DNA of 63,581 nucleotides, filler included, from Bonamia ostreae (GCA_040357525.1; 47 parts of 47 records of this genome joined end to end with filler, not necessarily neighbours in it), one strand, 5' to 3'; positions 49,103 to 62,334 are shown, counted from the whole stretch's first letter. Notes: generated by a model from the sequence alone, not told the origin. Numbers and translations: made by a program.

Positions 49103-49722
49103 ATGAAAGAATTTTTAGACTCGCAAACGGAAAAATTAAGGAAAGAAGCTTTTGAAAGCCCGGAGACAAAATTTTTGTTATTGAATTTGTTACAAAACGG
49201 ATGCAAATTCGAGAAAGGGAATTTGGATTTACAAAAATTGCCTTTAAACGTTGTTTCGAAATTGGCGATAAACAGCCAAAACGTCAAAGTTTGAAAATTA
49301 ACCGTTTCTGCAAAGATTTCCATTAACAATTTGATTCATTTAAAACAAAACGATATAAACACAGCTTTGCGGCACGAGCTTTTAGTTCTTTATGATTATT
49401 GCAGGGCTCAAACGGATTTTAAGGATCCAAAACATAGAGCGTGCAGCATTCTGAGAGCTACGAACTTAAGTGGCGAATGCTCTTTCAAAAACGAGAAACG
49501 TAGAAATTATGAAGTCGGAAGCGACAAAAGAAATGTTTTTTTGGGCAAAATAATTTTTTCAAATAACCAAATTTAAAGGGTTGCATAAAAAGAAGAGCAG
49601 TTAAAACGTTAATGCTGCAAAATTTTGGTTCGGAAGAGTCGAAAAAGCTGGTAGAGGAAGTTTGGGTGCCATGTTTTTACGACACAACGCCTTATCCGCA
49701 AAGACCTGTCAACTCAAAATAA
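49103..49722 (+). CDS. ATP23: Atp23 (M76 peptidase family) homologue with degenerate Zn site, 2 introns; protist
   Basis: TALRHELLVLYDYCRAQTDFKDPKHRACSILRATNLSGECSF..E...|GCIKRRAV......LVEEVWVPCFYDTTPY. Confidence 0.88.
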
Positions 49723-50239
49723 ATATCATTTGCACAATTTTTTTCGCTCAAATTCCAATTTTACCGAGTTTGGGAAAACGTTATTATCCAAAACGCGTTT
49801 TTTGAATGTTAACATAAATGGTTATTATTGTGGACTGCTAATTGCTAAAATTTATTAAAATGGGGTCCGTCAAACTTAATGGTCTATGTTAGTCGAATTT
49901 TGTCCTTTAAAGCAACCCGATATGATAATCGATCCCTTTTCCATTCTTCTGTTAACAATATTTTTTATCATCATCAAACTTTTGATGATCCACAACAAAT
50001 AAAAATTTTAATTGCAGAAAATTATTTTAAAAAAATAAGGGCTTTTGGAGACGGCTAAAATAAAATTTTTAAGTGGTTTTTGAAGTGGANNNNNNNNNNN
50101 NNNNNNNNNNNNNNNNNNNNNNNNNNNNNNNNNTTAATTAATTAANNNNNNNNNNNNNNNNNNNNNNNNNNNNNNNNNNNNNNNNNNNNCCTTTGCATGA
50201 GTACGTGATTGATATTGGATACCGATTCGGAGAATAATT

Positions 50240-50500
50240 TATTTGAAAATTCAAAAAATTATCTTATTGAAAAACACGTCCAGTTACATGGAAGACATTC
50301 TTCGCGTCGACATCAAGTATGATCGTACTCCTTTGGCAGTGTTTCGGCTAATGTGGCTTTCTCGGGTACGTAATATTATCAGTGGTGCGCCAACATCCCA
50401 ACTTCCTGAAAAACGGAATGACTTCAGTTTCACAATCATTAATTTCCCGTGTTGATGTAGCAATGTTTGATTATCACCTGCATAGGGTGTTGAGGTTGTG
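50240..50500 (+). mobile_element. Penelope-like RT C-terminal remnant
   Basis: LPEKRNDFSFTIINFPC*CSNV*LSPA*GV matches LYDKRDDF.F.IVNFP.L.SNIP.SPAYGV. Confidence 0.7.
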
Positions 50501-51598
50501 CAAGGGAGTCGACACGTAAGGGTTGATGTTACAAGGGTTTCAACAGTCCCCTTTAGTGTCAGCATTTCTTGACCACTTCGCATCGATCTGTTATCTAGGT
50601 GTTCATCTATGTTCATGTTTTGTCTTAACTTCAGCATCAAAATAATTGATATTCATTTCGTTTTTTTTATATTTAGTAAATATTAGGTGTCAAATCAACC
50701 ATAAACAATACTGTAGTCAATTCTGAAAGTGGAAACTCAGAAGTACTAATGCTCCTTCGCCCCCTTATTACATACGACTGAAAGAGTTTCCTTAACTTGA
50801 TTTATCCCATATTACCAAATTACAATTTGCGATAGAAATAGTATGTAGCTATGTAGTTCTTCAGAAATTGTTTACCGGTGTTTTATATACTTACACAGAT
50901 ATCATTTTTGTGTGTAATCTCTATGGATCCTTTGGTTGTACCACACGTCAGTGTTATATAAATAGCTTCTAATGTCGTAGGGACTTTCAACGACGTTCGT
51001 ATACATCAGAAATTGGATCAGATACTTATTGGGAATGCGCCTGCATTTTCGTATAGTTTCTAGAAGCTTTAGATACAATTTGCACAGGTCAACGAGATCT
51101 CAATAGATTTAGCTTTTAATGTCATGGAGGCATTTAAAGATAGAGAAGTATCGATGTTGGTTGTTGTACTTAGGTCGCCTATGTTTGGAATCTTTATGGC
51201 TATTAAGTGTTTACCGAAACCGAAATTGTTATTTTTAAACGTTTCAAAATAAGCATGACCCCATATATGAAACTAATCTTCTGTAGATAGTTTTAAATTC
51301 TATGTATAACAGGTTAAAGCGAGACTGTGGAAATTTCCGAAAGGTTCGTAACTCATTAAAATGAATAAAAGTGCTACTTTTCAATTGTTGTAATGATTTT
51401 TCGAACACTTATAATTAATAGCTATGCAACCTCATTCTTGNNNNNNNNNNNNNNNNNNNNNNNNNNNNNNNNNNNNNNNNNNNNTTAATTAATTAANNNN
51501 NNNNNNNNNNNNNNNNNNNNNNNNNNNNNNNNNNNNNNNNTTACAAAACAGCGATTGCGATCTACATATTCTATTCAACGACAAATCCTCGCAATCAT

Positions 51599-52701
51599 TT
51601 AATTGTTGATAATTGCATTCAGTTCCTCCAAGACTTGTGCTCCGGCTTTGACACGCGGATATTTTTTATCGTTTGGGAATGGATGCAAAGGCTCAAGATA
51701 ATTGTCACTTGCGATATGGGCGAACAGTGTGGAACTAACTCGCCACAAACTCTTTCCCTGTTTCTTTCTTTCTCTCATTTTCTCCAAAGTCTCATCGCTA
51801 ACAACAACTTCGTGGAACCCGGCCAGCACGTGGCCGCCCGTCAACCTTTCAAATTGCATTCCCGCTTGCACCAACAGACAACCTTCAGGCACTTCCACGG
51901 CTATCTTCTCATTGGTTCGAAGCCAAACGAACAGTCCCGGGTAGTTCGACTTTCCGTGCACGGTCAAAAAGTTGAGGTCTTGATGGAAACCGGCGAAAAC
52001 AGTCCCTTTTTCCCCGTTTTCGGCCAAATCGCTTCCAGTCGGCGCCAGCAAATGAGGACCGAATTCCATAAAATCTGAAAAGACGTTTTCGTCCATTCCA
52101 AATCCCACCGCAGCCATTTTCGCGACCGTTTTGGCCGTTTCAAGTAACCTGTCGCCCCAGTTGTCCATGATTTCCGCCCATTCCGGAAAGTCTTCTGGGA
52201 TTACTGGCGATGCATTTAATTGCGCAAATTCTGTTTTTTCTGGGCGAGGACCTATTCTCCAGAAATATCGCCATTTGGGATCCTTCTCGGGAGGACATCT
52301 TTATGTTTTTATAGATTGTTGTAAATCTCGACAAATTAATTAGATAATAATATTTTGGACAAGGTAAGCGGCATATTTTTCTTGTCGAAAACTTTCATTT
52401 CTTGGCAACGAGCGCGTGCTTTTTCGACGAAATGAGGGGTGACGCCAAGTTGGTAGAAGATTTCAGGATGGGCATCTTTCATTTTGACATCGGTTGGTTT
52501 TCCAAAATACTTCTCCAGCATTTCAATAAACGCCTGGTTTTTTTTAAAGTCGACGCGTGGATCTTTAACGACCAATATTCCGTATTTGTGAAGGTTTTCG
52601 ACAACTTTGCGACATATTTGGTCGCCATTTTCTTTTTCGTATAAGAATGTCGATAAATCGATTGGAGTTGGGCCTTTTAACTTTTTGTCCATTTTATCCA
52701 T
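51599..52701 (-). CDS. 2-oxoglutarate/Fe(II) oxygenase (isopenicillin-N-synthase-like fold), complete, 1 intron; protist
   Basis: PTPIDLSTF...LHKYGILVVKDPRV; DPKWRYFWRIG; HxD motif GFHQDLNFLTVHG; distal His AGFHEVVV; WRVSSTLF. Confidence 0.88.
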
Positions 52702-52891
52702 TTTGCGAAAAAATGTTTAAAAGCGAATCGGAAGATTTTTACACAAAATCATTTTTAAGTAAAAATTGCAGAAAAGTTGTTTTTGTAAAAGNNNNNNNNN
52801 NNNNNNNNNNNNNNNNNNNNNNNNNNNNNNNNNNNTTAATTAATTAANNNNNNNNNNNNNNNNNNNNNNNNNNNNNNNNNNNNNNNNNNNN

Positions 52892-54142
52892 GAAAATTTA
52901 ATCGGTCAAATTGAAATCGATTCTTTAGAAAATGCCGTTTTCAATCGACTCGAAAGTTTCGAAATAGCTAAAATTTAAGTTTACGAAGAAATAGAAAAAA
53001 AGACATTACAAAACATTGCGAAGAAGTCAATAGCGAATCAAATAACTGGTCTGATTTCAATCAAGTTTTTGCTAAATTTTATCCGAAATTTAGCCAAGAT
53101 TCAAAATCGGATTTTGTTTCTCACATGATATTAAGATTAGGGCATTGCAAACAGTTTTTTATCAAAATACTAAAATTTGATGAAAATGATAAATTTTTAA
53201 GAGAGGCAACAAGAAAAATATTTTTAAGAGCGGAAGAAATAATTTTTATGTCTCGATTTCATTCTTCCAGCGAATTCGAGCAACAGAAATTTATAAAGGA
53301 GAATGACATTAATTATCAAATTGTATTTCAGAACATTTTTTTATAAATTTCAAATAACAAAAAAATGAATAAAAAAATTAATTTCGAACAACAAAAAATT
53401 GAAAAATAAATTTTGAACAAATTGAAAAAAAATTAATTTCGAACAACAAAAAAATGAAAAAAAAGATATCGAAAGAAAAAATCGAAAAATTGTTAAGAAC
53501 AAATCGATTCTCAGAAAACAACTTTGAATCCAAAAACGAAAATTTTTATTCTGTTTAAATTTTCAAATTTAAGGTTCCTTTCGAAAATGTTCTAGATTTG
53601 GTTTCCACCAGAAAAGTCTTCATAAAAAATGGATTTGCGATCGTTCCCAGATCTTTATTAAATCACATTATCTTTACAAAGTTTTCCAAATTTTAAACAT
53701 TTTTCACCTTTTTCGGAAAATCTTGATAAAAAAGATTTCGATCGCAGTTATCAAAAAAGTTGTCCAAATCTTATCGCTTATTGCAATTAACAGTTTTTTT
53801 GACAAAATTAAATTTTGAAATTCAGAAATTCGACGGACGCTTGAATCCGCTCATCGAAGCAATAAGTTCCAGAAACTTTTCCGCGGACAAAAAATATTCC
53901 AAATCGAGTGGAAATGTTTCCATTCGCGATATCGAAGATGTTTTTAAAACCAGATTTTTCGAGAAAATTTGCAAATTTTAATAGTTGTCAAAAAACAGTT
54001 TTCCGTTGTGCATGCGGAACTCGTACGAACATTTGAAAAGAGACGCTCATTTGAAACACGGCGGGAGAATGCATCTTTCACTGTTTTTGAAGTCGATCGG
54101 ATTGCCGTTCAAAGAAGCGATGAAATTTTGGAAATTGCATTT
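52892..54142 (+). CDS. PRIM2: DNA primase large subunit, multi-exon partial; protist
   Basis: DFVSHMILRLGHC; KVPFENVLDLVSTRKVFIKNG.A.VP; FPLCMR.....L....HLKHGGRMHLSLFLKSIGL...EAMKFW. Confidence 0.95.
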
Positions 54143-54284
54143 NNNNNNNNNNNNNNNNNNNNNNNNNNNNNNNNNNNNNNNNNNNNTTAATTAATTAANN
54201 NNNNNNNNNNNNNNNNNNNNNNNNNNNNNNNNNNNNNNNNNNGGTATTTTTTTACTAATTTTGTCTTTTTTTTTAAGTTTTTTT

Positions 54285-54720
54285 CTCGCTTTTTGGAAAT
54301 TTTTTACAAAAATAATCTTTTTTAATTTTTTATCGCTTTTTGGAAATTTTTTACAAAAATTTATCTTTTTTTTAATTTCTTTTTTCTCTTTTTGTAATTT
54401 TTTACAAAATTTATCTTTTTTTTAATTTTTTTATCGCTTTTTGAAATTTTTTTTACAAAATTTATCTTTTTTTAATTTTTTTATCGCTTTTTGGAAATTT
54501 TTTTACAAAAATTTATCTTTTTTAATTTTTTTTATCGCTTTTTGGAAATTTTTTACAAAATTTATCTTTTTTTAATTTTTTTTTATAGCTTTTTGGAAAT
54601 TTTCTACAAAAATAATCTTTTTTAATTTTTTATCGCTTTTTGGAAATTTTTTACTAAAATTTATCTTTTTTAATTTTTTATCGCTTTTTGAAAATTTTTT
54701 ACAAAAATTTATATTTTTGG
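54285..54720. repeat. Tandem minisatellite, ~43-46 nt unit, ~10 copies
   Basis: Repeating TTTTTATCGCTTTTTGGAAATTTTTTACAAAATTTATCTTTTTTTAA with variable homopolymer lengths. Confidence 0.9.
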
Positions 54721-54959
54721 ATGAAGGACGTAATGAATAAATTTGGTTTTGGTGTGATAAAAGTGGTGTCAAAATGCATTCAGTTGTTAAAAGAGATAAA
54801 ATATGAAGCTGAAGAACTCAAAATTAGTCAAAGAGAAGTTCTTGGGATTCTGAGTTGCCAAAGATAAATTATTTTGCTTTTTGCAATTTTTGTCTTTTAC
54901 CAAAAATTTGTGTTTTTGTTGAGTTTTGTCGATTAAACAAAAATACAATAATTATTTAT

Positions 54960-55492
54960 ACTTTTCTAGGCGCATAATCAGCGATAAAAATTTGAATTTT
55001 CTCCTTTTTCTTTTCGATTGAATTCTCCAAAACCATCGAATCCGCTTTTCCAACGCAATTGCAAATTCTCGAAACAGTTGAAACAGGTTCTTCGTGTTTA
55101 TTTGATATCTTCTTAAACCCAGTTATTCTTCCCTTGTGAATTCCATAAACTTTCATCGTTACATCGTAAGGACTCGAGTTTGATTTTGAGAGCCAATTTA
55201 TTTCTATTAAACCAAAGTTGCAAGACTTTTTATTATTAAAATTTTGGCGAATTTGAATTAACAGAAAAAAAATTTTATAAAGCAACTTTGACAAAAGAAT
55301 GTACAATCCAATTGTAATCGTTCCCGATTTGAGTGCCAAAACTTAATGCGACCCTTACTGCCGAAAACTCAAAATTGTTTAATGTGTCGTTGGCCACTGG
55401 ACTTGTAACAAACTGATGAATTTTTTGTTTTTCCTTGCTAACTATTTCTGAATGACAAGCAATGTGAACGTCACCTTTAAATGCAAAAATGC
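54960..55492 (-). CDS. Hypothetical protein exons; protist
   Basis: 127-codon open frame with protist-like composition, bounded by GT/AG-like sites. No family recognised. Confidence 0.4.
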
Positions 55493-55592
55493 NNNNNNNN
55501 NNNNNNNNNNNNNNNNNNNNNNNNNNNNNNNNNNNNTTAATTAATTAANNNNNNNNNNNNNNNNNNNNNNNNNNNNNNNNNNNNNNNNNNNN

Positions 55593-55795
55593 GTAACTAT
55601 ATCAATTGTATGGGGTGTCCGAATATGATACCGGCAAATCAAATAGATTGCCACCATATCATTAAAAGGAGCAACCTACAGTACTTCTATGCCGATATAA
55701 GAAACTTCTCTTTTTTGTGTAATAGTTGTCATACGAAAGCAGAGGGAACGATTGAGCAACAACAATCATTGTTATGCTATTCCCAATTAGAGTAG
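55593..55795 (+). CDS. HNH endonuclease-like protein, C-terminal part; phage/bacterial
   Basis: CMGC......IDCHHIIKRS........IRNFSFLCNSCH (CxxC...HH...N...LCxxCH). Confidence 0.75.
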
Positions 55796-55902
55796 ACAAA
55801 AGAAAAACTACTCCAGGAATATAGAAAATTGCCTTTATACAAAAAAAAGGACTTTATTAAATTTTAATTGCTATATTTGATTATAATTAAAAAAAACAGA
55901 AA

Positions 55903-56109
55903 ATGAGTAAAGCTAAATTTGACAAGAACAAAGACGTTGAACGGTTAAGAACTGCTATTCGTGAAAAAGGGTTAAGACAAGATGTTTTGGCTCGAAAAGT
56001 TGGGTACACACCCGTATATCTGTGTTATATCTTGAAATACAAGGTTAATTTTTCAGATAGAGCCAAGAAGCGATTTTTTAAGGAACTAGGAATCAAATTA
56101 AATAAGTAA
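55903..56109 (+). CDS. XRE/Cro-like helix-turn-helix protein; phage
   Basis: RLRTAIREKGLRQDVLARKVGYTPVYLCYIL, 68 aa, tightly packed against the next gene. Confidence 0.85.
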   Translation: MSKAKFDKNKDVERLRTAIREKGLRQDVLARKVGYTPVYLCYILKYKVNFSDRAKKRFFKELGIKLNK

Positions 56110-56112
56110 ACA

Positions 56113-56842
56113 ATGATAAAGTTCTTCCGACATAATTCAACAGCAAGCGAAGAGCCTGGACTGAAATACCTGCGGGTAAAATTCGGTTGGGAGGGACTCG
56201 GCAAATACTGGGCTCTTTGCGAATTAATATCTAAGCAAGATAATTGCACTATTGATGTATCAAAGAAATTTAATTTGATAGCAATAGCATCTACTTTGGA
56301 GATGGAAATAGATGAATTTTTAGCATTCAAAGATTTTTGCATTGAATGCGAAATAATGGTATGTGATGGCGATATTGTTTCAGTCCCTTGTGTTAGTGAG
56401 GGATTGGCTCTTTCTGATGCTGTAAAGGAGCGAAATCGTAAATATTACAACAAAAAGAAAGATTTACCTAAACAGGAATCAAAACCTAAGCAGGAGCCAA
56501 AACCAAAGCCAAAGCCAAAGCCAAAACCAAAAGCAAAAGACGAAAGAAGTAAAGCTCTTTTATCTAATTGTGATCATTCTCTTTTAGAAGAAGACGAAGA
56601 GTATTTCAAAATAGCAAAATCATTTTGGAATCTCTTCATATCTCACCATGGTACAAATAAGATGGTCCTTAATAATGCGAAATATGACAAATGGGTCGAT
56701 TCTGTTCGTCTAATGATGCAAAGAGACAAGAGAACAAAAGAAGAGCTTAGAACGGTTATAATGTACCTTAAGAACTCAACTAAAGCAGGAGGAGATCCTT
56801 TCTGGATAAATACGATAATGAGTGTTAGTAATGTTAGAAAGA
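56113..56842 (+). CDS. Phage replication initiator (DUF4373/Lin1244-like N-terminus, KP-rich linker, replisome-organiser-like C-terminus), 3'-truncated
   Basis: FFRHNSTASEEPGLKYLRVKFGWEGLGKYWALCELI and KWVDSVRLMMQRDKRTKEEL......DPFWINTIMSVSNVRK. Intronless and operon-like (3-nt gap). Confidence 0.8.
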
Positions 56843-59800
56843 NNNNNNNNNNNNNNNNNNNNNNNNNNNNNNNNNNNNNNNNNNNNTTAATTAATTAANN
56901 NNNNNNNNNNNNNNNNNNNNNNNNNNNNNNNNNNNNNNNNNNAGAATTTAATGAGATGTTCCATCTTACATTATGATAAAAATCCATATATAGGCTAGGA
57001 CTATATCTAATATTACCTGCTCAAAGACACAGTAGCAGGGTATTGGTGCGAAGATTTATGTACATTGAAATATTAGGTATGTGACCGTGACCTGCTTTCA
57101 GTGTTATAGGATTGCTATCTCTTACTTAGCCACAGCAACGATACTTCATTTAGTATATAAATGTTGCTGAGTTAACGAATTGTAGTCATTTCTGGACATT
57201 AGATGTTAATATATTAAGGGGGCTGATGAAATGCTCTGTGTACCATGCTGATTTATGTATTGCATCAAGTGTTTCGTTAAAAGTGGTACATGTATATAAG
57301 CCTGATGGGCGGGGTGTTGTATTCATTTTTAAACTACATTTTTACATAATGTCTGATTATGTACAAGTCACTATAATTAAACAAATTGCTTCTTTTAGAA
57401 GGAAATCAAAATTTCTTTGTTGTATATCCACAAAATAACAATTCCGGTAGGTCAAACTTCAGAAGTTTTCATTTGACATCTTGACTTTAAAGGAACATTC
57501 TACCTGTTGAATATGACTAATATCTAAATTTTAAACTATATTTCCCCCTCAAAATTTCATGTGCACTACAGAACTAGAAGGCTGTATATGATTATGTATT
57601 TTGGATTTAATTGGAGTTTGAATGACTGTACGAGTATAATTCATTTCTGTCAGCCATGCTTATCTCCAGAACACTGGAACATTCTGATCTACATATTTAG
57701 AATAGTGGGGATAATTATTTATTGTATTGCGATGCTTTGGTGTGATATTCCTGATTTGTATTTCTTTTTTAATTCCAGATTCTTAACTTCCATCGGAAAT
57801 GATTGATGAGAAATCATCATGTAAATGGAAATTATATTTTGAATCAAACACATTGCATTATGTATATCAAATGGATTGGAAACATGTTTGATATTCAATG
57901 TCTCATGCATTAAGAATTTTACATATTACTTAAAATCAATATTTATTGCATTAGTTTAGAGTAAAGTTGAATCTTGTCGAAAGTTTATCATGGTATAACA
58001 TATAAATAAACAAATATTAAAAAAAAAATATCTTGCATATGGTCGCCGGTTTTGAATGTTTTTCGTTGATTACCACCAGGCAGAACTGTTGATAAATAAA
58101 TTTTGCAATAGGATAAAATGTAAGCACAGGAATAGAATTCTTTCTCGAACAAAAACAGTAGAATAGCACATTTTAGAGTTACTGCCGGAACNNNNNNNNN
58201 NNNNNNNNNNNNNNNNNNNNNNNNNNNNNNNNNNNTTAATTAATTAANNNNNNNNNNNNNNNNNNNNNNNNNNNNNNNNNNNNNNNNNNNNTAGTAGTAC
58301 CCATTTACATTCGTAATGTGCAGGTTTTCTTTATAATTAAATAATTAAGGTACAGTTTAATGCGAGTCAGAACAGGGATGTTGCACTGTATGTTTTGATG
58401 TGCAGTGTATAATGTGTCACTTGCGGCAAATTTCTGGTAAATAATTACGTTTTTGTTTACCTTCACTACCAAGTAGAGCAGCGTCTTCGTTTTGCGTCGT
58501 GATATCCAAATCACCACCTTCAGGGTTTTTGTGCTCTAAAATAGAGAAAAAATAAAATTGTATAAATTACATAGTCTGGTTTGTTTTTGACCAATACGAC
58601 AATTGAATATTTCTAAAACAATTACTTTCACTTGTGTCACGTGCATTTTGGCAAGATAAGGGATGTTTCCTTCCTGAAATGAACAATTACATTTACATCC
58701 ATTCCATTGTCAGAAAAATGTTAGAAAATAAATCTAGTGATTCGCAATTTTTTTTCTGGATATTCCGTGTGAAAAAATAAGAATGAGTAAATCTGTTATA
58801 AGTTTTAAAACAAGCAAATAACCAGAAACAAAAATTGCATATCACAGTATTTTGCAATATGTGCATAGCAATAATTGATTGGGCTACATCACAAAAGTGA
58901 CTAACTGTAAACAACTACAAAGTGACTAGTTAAACTATGAAATATACTTTAGTCGTTTATGTCATTTATTTGCAAGAGAACCACGCACAATTTATCTTTA
59001 ATCTGGAGAACTTACGTCTATACAACACCGTAAGCGGTATCCCAACGCACATTAATGCACTTAGTACAATGAACACCACTGCTATTTCTCTCCACGGTGT
59101 ATCACTATAATATAAATCTAACATGCATCAAATAGAGATGGAAGAAATTAGTTTTGACCTCTAAACACAAAGCAGCAGTTTTGTTCTAAAGGTGTCAATA
59201 TGATAATAGATACCTGCTACATGGTGTAGGAACCACTTTATCTTCCTGGAATTGATTCGAGATTTGTTTGGTTTTATTGAGTACTTCATAGCATTTTTGA
59301 TCTACAAAATTTGAGAACCTTTACAATCAAAGTGAATATATACCTTAGAATAGAGTATGGTATAATGTTTATTTGTACAGCCAGAAAAAAATGAAGATCG
59401 TGAACTTTCTATATGTCTATGTAGAATTTCGTTTTCAAAATTATAAGAGTGCACGAAGTGTGACGCTTCACGCCGGTATGCTTTCTAAGCCGCGGTGACA
59501 TTTCTTTCTTTGATTATGCATATGCAAAGTGAAGATAAGNNNNNNNNNNNNNNNNNNNNNNNNNNNNNNNNNNNNNNNNNNNNTTAATTAATTAANNNNN
59601 NNNNNNNNNNNNNNNNNNNNNNNNNNNNNNNNNNNNNNNTTATTGTCGTATTAACATTTAGTTGTTAATGTGTCAATATATTTTTCTCACAGGTAGGTAG
59701 TCAGTTTTATATGAACTATAATGGAAACATACCTAGGCATTAGTTAACTATTAGACTTATTAAAGCTGCTTGGTCCAATTGCAGAGCATTTTTATGGACG

Positions 59801-61668
59801 TTGTAAAAACGTTGTTTTCATATCGTATATGCATATTGATAAGCAATGCGGTAGTTATCTCGATCATTTAAGCAATAGTTCTATGAATAAAATGATGTAT
59901 AAAATGTGCTTACAAAACAAAACTTCCTGACAGGAATTCATGAATATTTAAAAGGGTAACGAGTGATTTCGCCACTTGTAAAGATTCGTCCCGATGTTGA
60001 GACAGGCATATTAATAATAAGACATTGACATTTGCCAACAATAACGTTAATAAACCTTTAAAAGTGTTTTGTCCAATAAAAAATAAACCCATGTGTACAA
60101 TATTTTTTACTCCGTAGAATTTTGTGTAAGAAAACAATGCATATAAATTCGATGTGAATCTGCCCAAACAATTGGGGGACGAAACAGAGTAGATTCTCTC
60201 TGTTTACAATTTCTTTGCACATGCGCATAGTATTTTTTGTGTTACCCAACAAAAATTATTTTTATTTAATTAAATTATTTATATCTTTGAAAAGAGACCG
60301 ATTCTGCAGGTGTAATTTGGTGAAAGTTTATAACTTTCTATGATAATTAGTATGCATGAAAAATTATTTGATACTTTAATAACCAAAAAATCGAACAAAG
60401 CAGCTTTAAATACAGAAGGAAAATAATAACCACCCGCCCACATATATTCTTGAGAAAATTGGCCTGAACTAGAGAAATGATTTTATATGTCCTTACATAA
60501 AGATGCTTTCACTTATATAGCTGTGGAGAAAAGTTACATGCATAAACCCCCTTAGTATTTTCACTATTTAATTCCCCTTTGGAAAAGGGCACGACAAAAC
60601 ATGCTAAACAAACCTGGAGAGAATAAATAGGGTGAACTTTGAGTTTCAAGTCTGAACTTGTTTCAGGGCAAATAATCAAGAATTCATACAAACAGAGGTT
60701 ATTATGTTCTAATAATAAAAATTACCTTCAAATTTTTCTTTGACTTCTTTAGAACTATTTGAAAATAAAACTGCTTGGAGTATACTCGTTCACAGTCAGC
60801 ATACTTTCCACATGTTCATTATCGTCTTCAGTCTTTTCTTTTTCAAATGGGCTCTCATTGTTACAGACAAGACGTTTATCAGACAATNNNNNNNNNNNNN
60901 NNNNNNNNNNNNNNNNNNNNNNNNNNNNNNNTTAATTAATTAANNNNNNNNNNNNNNNNNNNNNNNNNNNNNNNNNNNNNNNNNNNNTGAAATATATTAC
61001 CATTACAAATTCAGTACCGGTGTGTTTAAGTGTATAAGAAGGACATATTTACCGTTTTGTTGCATATTTCACAGTTTACTGCTGCTTTGTAGGGTCGCAC
61101 GATCTGCAATACACGAATATGACCAGCATGAGATTATTAAGAGCATGCCATTGCAATCACCAAATACCTAACATTTACAATATTGACTGAGAATACAGTA
61201 CATTACCCCATTTAGAAAGCTTTCTTTTGATTTGTCAAAATTAGTAGTAGTGGGTTGTTTCACATTGATGATCGAGTTCACTGAAAAGTAATTTGAAGAT
61301 TAAAGGTTAGTATCTTAACCTCTGGGAATTTAAACGGTATTTTGTCTTCCGTAGTTAAAACACCATGCCGAATAGATAGCATAAACTTGTGGCTTTGAAT
61401 ACAATTGTTTTCGAAAGAGAAACAATATTCACGAAATATCAAATCATCGTTAAAAAACGTTTAATGTTTTTAAATCAATGACACTTGTTGCTGAAAAAAC
61501 GAAGTTTAATCCTTTTGAAAAAAAAAATGCTGTTTCACTATATTAGCATAGAAACACAACGTCAATGTTCGTAATAAAGCTTTTTTTAAAATTCATATAT
61601 GTCCTCAACCATACAGAGCAGCTGTTACATATACATTAGTAATCCATGTAAATAAACCCGTGGCGAAC

Positions 61669-61956
61669 CTCTGGACTCCTCAACGAAGACGCTTTGACTT
61701 TCATTTATTCCAGCCACAGTTTCAACCAAAACTTTGTATTCTCCTTGATCTTCTTGACCAGGATATTTTATCTTCAGCTTGGTGATATTGGTCTCTATAC
61801 TTTCGACAGTATATTTGTCAGATGTAGTTATTGTAATGTCCTTTCCATCTCTTTGCCAACGCACTGCATCTACTGGCCATAGTGATTTCACACTAGCAGT
61901 AAGTTCCAGTAACCCTCTATCTCTTTGAGTAATTGATAAAGAAGCTTCAGCCAAGT
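61669..61956 (-). CDS. Immunoglobulin-like (I-set) domain exon lacking cysteines; animal
   Basis: Phase-1 exon with VRWQRDGKDI...KYTV....TKLKI......DQGEYKVLV. Confidence 0.8.
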
Positions 61957-62334
61957 CTACAAGATATTAAATAGAAAATGGTATGTAGCATTGGTACGTA
62001 TATCAGAAATGCATGTACAAGCTGAGTGATTCGCCAGTTCTTTAAACTGTAAATTTATGAAGTACGTGTATATTAAATTTAAGGTTTACCGTTTGACATA
62101 TCAAAGAATACTGTTTTTGTTGTTGTTTTCCATGGTTTGCTTTTAATAACAGCACGATATTCTCCTTCGTCTGTACGACTGACATCGATAATACCAAGAA
62201 CATATGAAGTAGAATTGGGCATAATTGTTTGGATNNNNNNNNNNNNNNNNNNNNNNNNNNNNNNNNNNNNNNNNNNNNTTAATTAATTAANNNNNNNNNN
62301 NNNNNNNNNNNNNNNNNNNNNNNNNNNNNNNNNN

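Noticed and set aside
54572-54772. Lys-rich repeat ORF (KKFSKSDKKLKKINF)
   Set aside because: Translation of the minisatellite; variable homopolymers break the frame.
54243-58191. Phage genes next to eukaryotic sequence, suggesting horizontal transfer or an endogenous virus
   Set aside because: Separated by linkers; there is no physical junction within any contig.
1262-62334. Regularly spaced identical TTAATTAATTAA motif, resembling a CRISPR-like or regulatory array
   Set aside because: Embedded in fixed N runs between size-sorted contigs; it is a six-frame-stop assembly linker.
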